Shown here: positions 9,538-17,680 of the stretch, piece by piece | Numbering within the stretch: position 1 is the stretch's first letter | How the letters are laid out: the number at the start of each line of letters is the position of its first letter | Virus record (IMG/VR): IMGVR_UViG_3300016371_000006 | DNA length: 64,000 nucleotides | Direction: 5' to 3' (one strand) | From: an uncultured virus (IMG/VR IMGVR_UViG_3300016371_000006) | Taxonomy: Duplodnaviria > Heunggongvirae > Uroviricota > Caudoviricetes | Position numbers and translations under genes: made by a program | Notes under the pieces: generated by a model | Told to the model about the DNA's origin: nothing | What the model saw: the letters and a program-made list of their open reading frames with translations, nothing else | Database searches by the model: none

Positions 9538-10482
9538 CTACTCGGAGGGCGGCACGAGGACGTCGCCGACGACGCGCTTGGAGACATCCTCGAGCCAGCG
9601 CCAGGCCTCGAAGGTGTAGAGGAAGAACTCGAACACCTCCTGGGAGACGTTCATCGGATACGCCTCGCAGGACTGCGGGGTCAAGATGATGCACAGGCCG
9701 CCGTCGACCTGTTCCATCGGCACCGACACGGTGCGCTTCTCCTCCGGGCTCATCAGGTAGTAGCGGCGCTTCTGCGGGGTCTCATACCGGCGGGCCCGGC
9801 TCACCAGACCGAGGTCGGCGTGGCGGTAGGCCGCGAGCTGTAAACAGGTTTCGGGATACGGGGTCTGGGCCTCGCCGCGGGCGGTCAACGGTTCGCGGCG
9901 GGTCTTGTAGTCGGTGATCAGGTTCAGCCCACCGATATTCAAGATCGCATCGAGGCTGCCGGCGTAGCCGAATCGTTCGGAATAGACCGGCATCTCGGCG
10001 GCGACGTAGACCGGCTGGAAACGCTGCAGCCAGGCGTCGAACTGGTTGAGCATCCGGCCGACGACGGCGAGCTCCGAGTCGACCTCGATACTTGCCGAGC
10101 CCAGCGCACGGATGTGGTCGGCGACCCACTCCTTGTCCGGCTTCTGCTTATTCAAGGCGTAATACTCGCACGCCTTGTGCACCACGGAGCCGAGCTGGTC
10201 GGAACCGAGCTCGAGCTTGGGGCTGCGGAAGCGGGCCTTGCACAGCCAGGTGATGGTGCCGGCCGCGCCCTCCTCGGCGAGCATGGCGCTCCAGGTGGCC
10301 TGGCGGTCCAGGGCGTCCTGGGCGCAGCGCTTGATCGCCCAGTACTCCAGCGCGGGGTTGTGCAGGGCTTTGAGAATCGTTGTGACAGAAAAGAATTTGG
10401 TGTCGTTTTCGCCGGCCTGGGGGACGTCGATGGTCTCAAAGGGTTGAACGGTCTGCGGGGTCTGCGTGGTTTCGGTTGTCAT
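9538..10482 (-). CDS. PD-(D/E)XK exonuclease (RecE/Cas4-like)
   Basis: SVTTIL, GSVVH, YAGSLDAI...DYKT, QLAAY motifs. Confidence 0.8.
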   Translation of the reverse strand: MTTETTQTPQTVQPFETIDVPQAGENDTKFFSVTTILKALHNPALEYWAIKRCAQDALDRQATWSAMLAEEGAAGTITWLCKARFRSPKLELGSDQLGSVVHKACEYYALNKQKPDKEWVADHIRALGSASIEVDSELAVVGRMLNQFDAWLQRFQPVYVAAEMPVYSERFGYAGSLDAILNIGGLNLITDYKTRREPLTARGEAQTPYPETCLQLAAYRHADLGLVSRARRYETPQKRRYYLMSPEEKRTVSVPMEQVDGGLCIILTPQSCEAYPMNVSQEVFEFFLYTFEAWRWLEDVSKRVVGDVLVPPSE

Positions 10483-10572
10483 GTTGACATGTTTACCGTT
10501 ACCCACCGACAAGTTCCGGAGCCACGCCGGTGTCCGTTCGCGGACACCCGGCCGGTCAGGGATCGTCGTCGG

Positions 10573-11460
10573 TCATCGCTTATCAGCCTGCCTGCGCCGT
10601 CTCAGCTCATCCAACGAGGGCAGATCGCCCGGTTTCGACGGCGGCACCAATTTGATGTCGGCCTGGTTGAACAGCCGGAAGGCATTGGCCAGTTTCTCAT
10701 CCGAGACCGACGCGCGACTGTCTGGATGTAGGCAGGACTTGATGAGGTTGTAGTCCGATTTGGTGAAGACGCCATGACGTTGGGCAGATTCGAACCGCTG
10801 GATTCTGTCGTACTGCTCCGCGACCCGATCGAACGCCTTATCGAGGCGTCGCTGCACCTCGGCCCGCACTTTAGGCTCAAACTCGTCCTCCAGCTCGCGG
10901 CGGATCTGCCGCCGCAGCACATCTACCCTGTGCTCTGCGCTGCGCGGAAGCGTGTTGTAGTCAACGATGACCGGCTCCGCCTGGCCTTCCAGGAAGCGCC
11001 GGGCCTCGCCGATAGTGCTGTCGCTGATATCGAACTGTGTTTTCAACTCGGTGACGGTGGCCCCGTCTTTTATGGCGTCGTGCAGTTCGGGGTTCTTCCA
11101 CTTCGGCTCCGGCTTCGGCTTCGGCGGTGTCGGCGGCTTTGGCTTCTCCGGGGGCGGCTTTGGCAAACTATTCTTGACCTGTGTCCACGATGTGAAAGTC
11201 GGCAGGGCCCTGCCGATTTCGTCTTCGGTGGGATACCGCTCAGCAAACCGCGCCCGGTATTTCAGTTCTGTTTCACTCTTGCCGGTGGCTTTAACCAGTT
11301 CGGCCATCCGGCCCTTGGGCAACTGCTTACCTTTGCGCTCGGCCAGCAGGAGCTTGCCGAACTGCCAGCGGTGGCGCAGGCTCTCGCGGATACTGTCGGT
11401 GGCCTGTTCCTCGGCGGCGTCGATGCATTTGTCGATCACCACGAACTCGTCAATGGTCAT
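10573..11460 (-). CDS. Hypothetical DNA-binding protein
   Basis: ATG after an AAGGAG RBS; HTH-like segments and LHPD. Confidence 0.6.
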   Translation of the reverse strand: MTIDEFVVIDKCIDAAEEQATDSIRESLRHRWQFGKLLLAERKGKQLPKGRMAELVKATGKSETELKYRARFAERYPTEDEIGRALPTFTSWTQVKNSLPKPPPEKPKPPTPPKPKPEPKWKNPELHDAIKDGATVTELKTQFDISDSTIGEARRFLEGQAEPVIVDYNTLPRSAEHRVDVLRRQIRRELEDEFEPKVRAEVQRRLDKAFDRVAEQYDRIQRFESAQRHGVFTKSDYNLIKSCLHPDSRASVSDEKLANAFRLFNQADIKLVPPSKPGDLPSLDELRRRRQADKR

Positions 11461-11524
11461 GTGTAACTCCTTATCGGAAACTGGTGGGGCGGTTTTACCC
11501 GCCCCACCAGTTGTCTCCGGTTTC

Positions 11525-12001
11525 CTATTCGTCGTCACCGTTCGGCACGATCTCATCACCGAGCAGGTTGCGACGCTGCTCGCGTGCGATCCCCCAGCGG
11601 CGCATGACGACACGAAGTGCCAGCCGGACCTCTGCCCAGTTGGCAGCGTCGATCAGGTCGTAGCTGCCCCACTGCTCCGCCGCCTCGAGGATCTTTATTG
11701 AGGCACCGAAGTCATCCGCGATCATCGAACCGTGCACCGCACCAGCGTCGTTGGTGGCGTTCAGGCAACGGTGAAACTCAGCGCCACGCTCGGTCTTCTC
11801 CTCAAACAGCCTGTCGAAGACCGAATGGACCTGATCGTTGATGTTGGGCAGCCGCCGAACCTTAGGTGTCAGCTCTGACAGGCTGGCCGGGAGGTCGGGG
11901 ACCTTCCTGACGACGAACTGCTGCTCCTCGTCGTGCTGAGACTCCTGTTCGGGCTGCTCGCCCTCGCCACCCTGCGGCGCGTCCTCGTAGGCATTTGTCA
12001 C
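11525..12001 (-). CDS. Hypothetical protein
   Basis: GTG start after AGGAAGGAAG. Confidence 0.55.
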   Translation of the reverse strand: MTNAYEDAPQGGEGEQPEQESQHDEEQQFVVRKVPDLPASLSELTPKVRRLPNINDQVHSVFDRLFEEKTERGAEFHRCLNATNDAGAVHGSMIADDFGASIKILEAAEQWGSYDLIDAANWAEVRLALRVVMRRWGIAREQRRNLLGDEIVPNGDDE

Positions 12002-12069
12002 TGAATTCTTCCTTCCTATCGTGGGTGTTTCTCTTTCGCGGGGCATCGCAACGTGGCTATGCGCCCCAT

Positions 12070-12255
12070 CTATCGCTTGGCGGTGTAGAAGCGCGTCGGC
12101 CGACCGTCGGGAAAGACGTAGGCGTAGCGCATCCCGGCGCGCCAACCACCGGGCTCACGGACCTCGAGGCTGCCCTGGGTGGTGCCGTACACCAGCCACT
12201 CGCCAGGGATCTCAGCAAGGGCTTTCACCAAGTCCGAGACAGTCATAGGGTCCAT
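12070..12255 (-). CDS. Small hypothetical protein, first gene of the leftward operon
   Basis: Immediately downstream of a SigA-like promoter. Confidence 0.55.
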   Translation of the reverse strand: MDPMTVSDLVKALAEIPGEWLVYGTTQGSLEVREPGGWRAGMRYAYVFPDGRPTRFYTAKR

Positions 12256-12263
12256 ACCTAATA

Positions 12264-12291
12264 ACTATACACCCTATTAAGGTGCTGTCAA
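12264..12291 (-). promoter_or_regulatory. SigA-like promoter TTGACA-16-TATAGT
   Basis: Plus strand shows actata (12264-12269) and tgtcaa (12286-12291). A divergent TTGACA at 12310-12315 faces the RAMP-like gene. Confidence 0.7.
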
Positions 12292-12373
12292 GCGCCGAGC
12301 CGCACTGTATTGACAGCGCGCTGTGGACTTGGAACAGTCAGTAACGGCAAACCCACGAAGAAAGGTATCGCTC

Positions 12374-13129
12374 ATGCCAAGCAAGCCTCCCCCACCTAAG
12401 ACCATCACCCTGCCCGTCACCGAGATCGGTCAGGTCCAGTTCGGCATCTTGGGCATAAGTCCTTATATCCACAGCCGCATGTCAGAGAAGGCCAAGCACG
12501 AACTGCTGTTCCCCAAGGGCCGGCCCAACCAGGCCGAGAAGGCCGCCCGCCTCAAGCACGAGCCCGTCGAGGAGTTCCGGGCCTCCCCCTACACCCTCAA
12601 GGACGAGGACGCCCCGACCTACCTGGCGACCAAGGGCGACATGTTCAAGGCCACCATGCGCACCGCTGCCAAGGACCTGCCCGGCGTCAACGGCGAACAG
12701 ATCGGGCGCCTGGTCTGGGTGGAAGGGATGTACCTGCCGCTGTGGGGTAACGCGAAGCTGCACATGGCCGTCGTGCGCAGCGCCAACCAGCAGAAGACCC
12801 CCGACATCCGCACCCGCGCGATCAGCGAAAAATGGGCCACCGTCATCACGGTGCGTTTCGTCAAGCCGCTGATGAACGAAAAGATCGTCACCAACCTGCT
12901 GTCCACCGGCGGGCAGTCCGCCGGTGTCGGCGACTGGCGCACGGAAAAGGGCAAAGGCACCTTCGGTCAATTCATTCTGATTAACACAGATGAACTTATG
13001 GCACATGAAGTGATGAAAATGGACCGCGCCGTGCAAATCCAAGCAATGGAAGCCGCACAAGCTTTCGATGATGAAACTCAAGAAATGCTCACCTGGTTCG
13101 ACGCCGAACGTGAGGAGCGTGGCCGATGA
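12374..13129 (+). CDS. RAMP/Cas7-like RNA-binding protein, putative effector of the GGY-NN array
   Basis: N-terminal strand QFGILGISPYIH, helix FKATMRTAA, beta-hairpin DIRTRAISEKWATVITVRF, C-terminal Gly-rich loop GGQSAGVGDWRTEKGKGTFGQF. ATG follows GAAAGG. No cas1/cas2 or CRISPR in the window. Confidence 0.7.
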   Translation: MPSKPPPPKTITLPVTEIGQVQFGILGISPYIHSRMSEKAKHELLFPKGRPNQAEKAARLKHEPVEEFRASPYTLKDEDAPTYLATKGDMFKATMRTAAKDLPGVNGEQIGRLVWVEGMYLPLWGNAKLHMAVVRSANQQKTPDIRTRAISEKWATVITVRFVKPLMNEKIVTNLLSTGGQSAGVGDWRTEKGKGTFGQFILINTDELMAHEVMKMDRAVQIQAMEAAQAFDDETQEMLTWFDAEREERGR

Positions 13130-13848
13130 CCAGACCCGCGCTGGTGACAATGCCGGTCAGCAAGCTCATCGAAGACCTGTCGATCTACCCGCGAAGAATT
13201 GTCAACCAGAACCATGTCCGCGACCTGACATCAGCGTTGCAAGCAGCCGAAGGCGCAGATATATTCCCGCCGCTGACCGTGGACCGGCGCTCGAAGCGTA
13301 TTGTCGACGGCTTTCATCGGCGACGAGCTTTCCTAGCGGTACTCGGGCCGGACGCGGAAATTCAAGCCGAACTACGGACCTACCATTCCGAGACGGAACT
13401 GCTTCTCGACGCAGTACGACTCAACTGCGTTCACGGGCTGAATCTTTACGAGATCGAAAAGCGCAGGATTGTTCTGAAGCTGAGCGACCTCGGCGTCGAC
13501 GACGACGAGATCGCCGGCGCGCTGCATGTTCCGCCGGTCCGGGTGCAGCAGATCAAAGTCCGTGTAGCGACGGTCGTCGACGGGGATGGGGCGGTGCTAA
13601 GGCTGGAACCGCTGAAACGACCGCTGTTTCATTTCCAGGGCCGCACGATGAGCGAGGCCCAGGCCGCAGCGGGAACGTCATCACCAGGCGGCTCGTATAT
13701 GCAAACAATCAGAGCTCTGCAAGATGGGCTGCGGTATCGGTTACTGCCAACCGACGGACGCATCGACGCCGCTCTGCGGACGTTGGCCGCCCTGCTTGAT
13801 AACTACTTGGAAGGGGATGAGGAGGAAGGTATTGCCGCGTCGGTGTAA
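13126..13848 (+). CDS. ParB/Srx N-terminal-domain protein, accessory to the RAMP-like gene
   Basis: LIEDLSIYPR, FPPLTVD...IVDGFHRRRA, LNCVHGLNL followed by an HTH; ATGA overlap with the upstream gene. Confidence 0.8.
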   Translation: MTRPALVTMPVSKLIEDLSIYPRRIVNQNHVRDLTSALQAAEGADIFPPLTVDRRSKRIVDGFHRRRAFLAVLGPDAEIQAELRTYHSETELLLDAVRLNCVHGLNLYEIEKRRIVLKLSDLGVDDDEIAGALHVPPVRVQQIKVRVATVVDGDGAVLRLEPLKRPLFHFQGRTMSEAQAAAGTSSPGGSYMQTIRALQDGLRYRLLPTDGRIDAALRTLAALLDNYLEGDEEEGIAASV

Positions 13849-13865
13849 CAGACGCGGACGGCAAT

Positions 13866-15656
13866 GGTGCGGTTCGGTCAGATGGCGTAAGGCAGTTGCG
13901 GTCCGGTGGGGCACGGCTCGGTTAGGCATGGACAGTTACGGAATGGCCGGGTCAGTTCTGGTGAGGCGAGTTGCGGTCTGGTAAGGCGGGATCGGGTCTG
14001 GTCTGGTACGGCTGTTGAGGACGGTACGGCAAGGCATGGTGGGGTCGGGCGTGTTGCGGCGTGGTCGGGCGAGTTGCGGTCTGGCATGGCACGGTCGGGA
14101 ATGGTGGGGGTTAGGTGCGGCTGTTGAGGTGACGTCTGGTGCGGCGTGTCTAGGTGAGTTCGGGCAAGGTCGGGCGAGGTCTGGCGAGGTGCGGTCGGGT
14201 GCGGCCGTTGGGGTTGGGCATGGTGTGGTGAGGTGTGGCGCGGCGTGTTGCGTGAGACACGGTGCGGCAAGGCCCGGTGTGGAGGGTCAGGCAGGATAGG
14301 GCGGGGTTCGGTGCGGCCGTTGGGGAATGGTCCGGTTTGGTCGGGTTTGGTGCGGTCTGGAACGGCGAGTTCAGGCAAGGTTCGGTGCGGCTGTTGAGGC
14401 GAGTTCCGGCGCGGTTAGGCCTGGCGAGGTTTGGCCTGGCGAGGTATGGCCCGGTCGGGTGCGGCTGTTGGGGTTAGGTCGGGTTACGTGAGGTCTGGAG
14501 AGTTGAGGCATGGCGCGGTGCGGCATGGCATGGGATGGAGAGGTTAGGTCCGGTCGGGCGCGATAAGTTGCGGTGAGATGAGGCTGTTGTGGTGGGGTTG
14601 GGTTTGGCGAGTTACGGCCTGGTAAGGCGTGGTCGGGTCCGGTTGGGTCTGGTGAGGCCGTTGCGGTTAGTTCGGGTTTGGTGGGGTCCGGTCGGGTGTG
14701 GCGTGGCAAGGTCTGGCGAGGTCTGGAAGGCGAGTTGTGGTGAGGTGCGGCCGTTGCGGTCTGGTGGGGTGAGGCATGGCGGGGTCGGGAACGGCACGGC
14801 GTGGTTAGGCGAGTCTAGGTCTGGTGCGGTGAGGCTGTTGAGGCATGGTCCGGTCGGGTGAGGCGAGGTTAGGTGGGTTTGGGTCCGGTCTGGTGTGGCG
14901 TGGCTTGGCTAGGTTTGGCGCGGTGAGGCTGGGTGAGGTGCGGTTCGGCTGTTGCGGTGTGGCATGTTGAGGACGGGTACGGCAGGGCATGGTGGGGCCG
15001 GGCACGTCAAGGAGTGGATAGGTGGGCTCTGGCATGGCGAGGCGAGTTGCGGTGCGGCAGTTTTGGCATGTTAAGGCGTGGCACGGTGGGGACGGGTCAG
15101 GTGTGGAGGGCTAGGCAAGGTTGGGTGAGGTGCGGCTGTTGTGGTCTGGCACGTTGCGGTGTGGCCCGGCGTGGTCGGGCAAGGTCCGGTAAGGCACGGC
15201 AGGTACGGCGGGGTATGGTCCGGTGCGGTCGGCACGGTTGGGTCGGGTTAGTTTGGGCGCGGCAGGGTGTGGCGGGGCAAGGTGGGGTCCGGTAAGGTGC
15301 GGCAGCTAAGGTCCGGTTGGGTTCGGTCGGGTTGGGCGGGGAGAGGTACGGCAAGATCCGGTGCGGCCCGGCGAGGTTTGGCGGGTTCCGGTGAGGTGCG
15401 GCTGCTGCGGTAAGGCATGGTGAGGTTCGGCAAGGCGAGGTCGGGTGAGGTCTGGTCGGGTGCGGTGAGGCATGGTCGGGTAAGGTGCGGCAGCTGCGGT
15501 CTGGCGCGTTCAGGAGAGGTCGGGTTAGGTCGGGTGGGGTCTGTTGGGGCATGTTCCGGCTAGGCGTGGCAAGGTGCGGCAGTTGAGGCGCGGTCTGGTG
15601 AGGTCCGGTTTGGTTAGTTGGGGCTCGGTGGGGCACGGCACGGCGGGGTGAGGTAC
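13866..15656 (+). ncRNA. Array of GGY-NN pentamer repeats, 19 segments; putative guide-RNA array
   Basis: 5-nt periodicity (GG[T/C]NN, occasionally GTT/GGA/GAT). 4-nt GGC[TAC] delimiters, usually in the context GGTGC-GGCN-GTTG, at 13891, 14010, 14119, 14203, 14315, 14389, 14463, 14582, 14656, 14749, 14833, 14947, 15056, 15134, 15198, 15301, 15400, 15489 and 15578. 15 of 19 segment lengths are exactly 5n+4. No credible ORF. Confidence 0.85.
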
Positions 15657-15658
15657 GG

Positions 15659-15692
15659 CCTCGGGGCACTGGCGGTTGCTGGTGCCCCGAGG
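15659..15692. terminator. Hairpin closing the array, between convergent transcription units
   Basis: CCTCGGGGCAC...GTGCCCCGAGG perfect 11-bp stem. Confidence 0.7.
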
Positions 15693-15693
15693 A

Positions 15694-16581
15694 TTAAACC
15701 TCGAACGGTAGCGCGGCGTTGAGCAGCCGAGTACGCAAGCTCATGTCGAGATAGGCGCTGCTGATGTCAATCCCGACATAACGTCTGCCGGCGCGCAAAG
15801 CGGCCGCGCCACTGGTGCCCGAACCGCTGAACGGATCTAATGTCACCCCATTGGGTCGGCAGCCGGCCTGGATGCACCGCAGCGGCAATGCGATGGGAAA
15901 GGTGGCGAAGTGCGCTTGCGGGAATTTCTCGACGGGAATACTCCAGCAGTCGCCTGGATTCTTGCCGGCTTCATTGAGGGTGCGCGCCCCGGCGGCGATG
16001 GCGCCGTGCGGATTCCCCCCCGGGGTGTAGGCCCGCCCGGATCTACCGTCGCCCGAGTAGGGTTTGCGCTCGCTGCGCTGGCTGCGGTTTACTGAGATCG
16101 GGCTGTGTGGTGTTCTTATCGCGTCTAGATCGAACCAATACTTCGGTTGTTTGACGAGTAGGAAGACCTGTTCGGAGCGTACGGCCAGCCGGTCGGTTAC
16201 CGATTCAGGCATGGTGTTTTCTTTTAGCCAGGTAATCGAGTTGCGTAAAATCCAGCCGTCATTTTGCAGTGCGAATGCGACGCGCCAGGGTATGCCGAGC
16301 AGGTTTTTCGTTGCGCTGTAGGAATCACCCAGCACAATCCAGCAGGTTCCGTCGCCGGCCAGCACGCGGCGCAGTTCGGCGAACAGGGCCCGCAGGTGTT
16401 CGACGTATTCGGCGGGCGTGTCCTCGAGCCCGTACTGCCCGTCGCTGTCGTAGTCGCGCAGGCCGTAGTAGGGCGGGCTGGTGACAATGCAGTCCACGCT
16501 GTCGCCGGGCAGGGTGCGCGCGACCTCGAGCGCGTCGCCGTGGTGCAGCGTGATCTGGTCGTCGGTGTAGTGGACGCTCAT
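15694..16581 (-). CDS. N4-C/N6-A DNA methyltransferase (beta class)
   Basis: TSPPY (motif IV) at the N-terminus, HFATFP, LDPFSGSGTSG (motif I) at the C-terminus. Confidence 0.9.
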   Translation of the reverse strand: MSVHYTDDQITLHHGDALEVARTLPGDSVDCIVTSPPYYGLRDYDSDGQYGLEDTPAEYVEHLRALFAELRRVLAGDGTCWIVLGDSYSATKNLLGIPWRVAFALQNDGWILRNSITWLKENTMPESVTDRLAVRSEQVFLLVKQPKYWFDLDAIRTPHSPISVNRSQRSERKPYSGDGRSGRAYTPGGNPHGAIAAGARTLNEAGKNPGDCWSIPVEKFPQAHFATFPIALPLRCIQAGCRPNGVTLDPFSGSGTSGAAALRAGRRYVGIDISSAYLDMSLRTRLLNAALPFEV

Positions 16582-17240
16582 ATACCGGCCATCAACTCCC
16601 AGTAGTTGAACTTGGTGCCGAGCGCGTCGACGATCGTCACCGTCTGTTCGGCGTCGAGGTTCAGGCATCGGCTGGCGTAGATGCGGGCGTATTTGGGGAT
16701 GCGGATTTCGTTTCGGACGAACGCGCATCCGCGGCCGGTGAGCCGCCACCAGCCGACCCGCGAGCTACCGTCCTCGCGTTCGCCGGGCATCTGTTCGATC
16801 AGGCCCCAGTACCGTGCAATGCACATCTCCCCGCTGCGTGAGACGTGGATGGGTTCACGCCCGGTGGAGTCGATGTAGGGCAGGTAGACCCAATCGTCGC
16901 CGGCCTTGCGGTACATCGCGATCAGCACGCGGGCGATGCCGGCGTTAATCTTGCGCCGATACACCTTGGCGAACTGGCCGCACAACGGACAGGTGACGCC
17001 GTCGTCGACGTTATCGCGCAGCCACGCCTGCGCCTCCCGTAGTGTGGTGTCGGGTCGGAGGTTGAACATGGTGAACGTGATCGGGTCGATCAACTCCTCA
17101 ACCCAGTCGTCGTCCTCTTTGTCGTCGTCGGGCTGATCGAACAGATCGCCCTGGCCGTCATCGCGCGGCGCCCAGGAGTAGCACCTACACGACGGGCAGT
17201 AGCCGACGTGCGGTTCGTGCGGGCATTGCGGACATGTCAC
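16578..17240 (-). CDS. Hypothetical protein
   Basis: CPLCGQFAKVYRR...ARYWGLIE; operon overlap. Confidence 0.65.
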   Translation of the reverse strand: MTCPQCPHEPHVGYCPSCRCYSWAPRDDGQGDLFDQPDDDKEDDDWVEELIDPITFTMFNLRPDTTLREAQAWLRDNVDDGVTCPLCGQFAKVYRRKINAGIARVLIAMYRKAGDDWVYLPYIDSTGREPIHVSRSGEMCIARYWGLIEQMPGEREDGSSRVGWWRLTGRGCAFVRNEIRIPKYARIYASRCLNLDAEQTVTIVDALGTKFNYWELMAGI

Positions 17241-17680
17241 ACCAGAACCTCCTGCGGCTGGGGCTGTTTGAGCATCCGCACCCGGCGCTGCGGCCGCGGG
17301 AACAGGCCGTCCATGTCTTTGGGTTCCCGTTTGCCGCGCGGCGGATGCGCCGGCGGCCCACTGAACGGGTCGTCATCACCGCCGCCGCCGGGTGGCTTGA
17401 ACTCGATGCAGTGATACCGGTCCATCGGGTAGGGCTGGCCGTCCTTCCACTGGTCGAGCCACTCGATCGGCGTCTTGCCCATCAGCGCGCACAGCAAAAG
17501 CGGGCAGCCGCCGCCCGGATTGGTCTTGCGTAGGCCAGCCTCGTAACGCTGCCACGCCACCTCGTCGGGTTGCTGACACGGCGCGAAGCACCAATTCTCC
17601 ATCCAGCCGTAGCCTTCGGTGCCATTGGAGAAGGGTGATCCGTCGCGGGCGCTGGCCTCGATCTCCTTATACGAGCGCAT
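17237..17680 (-). CDS. Hypothetical protein
   Basis: PFSNGTEG..W...WC motif common in phage proteins. Confidence 0.65.
   Translation of the reverse strand: MRSYKEIEASARDGSPFSNGTEGYGWMENWCFAPCQQPDEVAWQRYEAGLRKTNPGGGCPLLLCALMGKTPIEWLDQWKDGQPYPMDRYHCIEFKPPGGGGDDDPFSGPPAHPPRGKREPKDMDGLFPRPQRRVRMLKQPQPQEVLV

Noticed and set aside
9538..10482. Exonuclease as a CRISPR Cas4 adaptation gene for the array
   Set aside because: It lies in a separate leftward operon paired with an annealing protein, the ordinary phage recombination arrangement.
14119..14202. Guide 3 as a match to the ParB-like N-terminus (EDLSIYPR)
   Set aside because: Only 5 of the first 12 dinucleotides match and the first lies in the semi-constant delimiter; compatible with chance.
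13866..15656. Canonical CRISPR array, telomere-like repeat or simple microsatellite
   Set aside because: No 25-45 nt direct repeats with spacers, and the NN positions are non-repetitive and decode to protein motifs.
13724..15669. Many Arg/Gly/Pro-rich ORFs over the pentamer array
   Set aside because: Artefacts of 5-nt periodic G-rich sequence; short, overlapping in all frames, no RBS.
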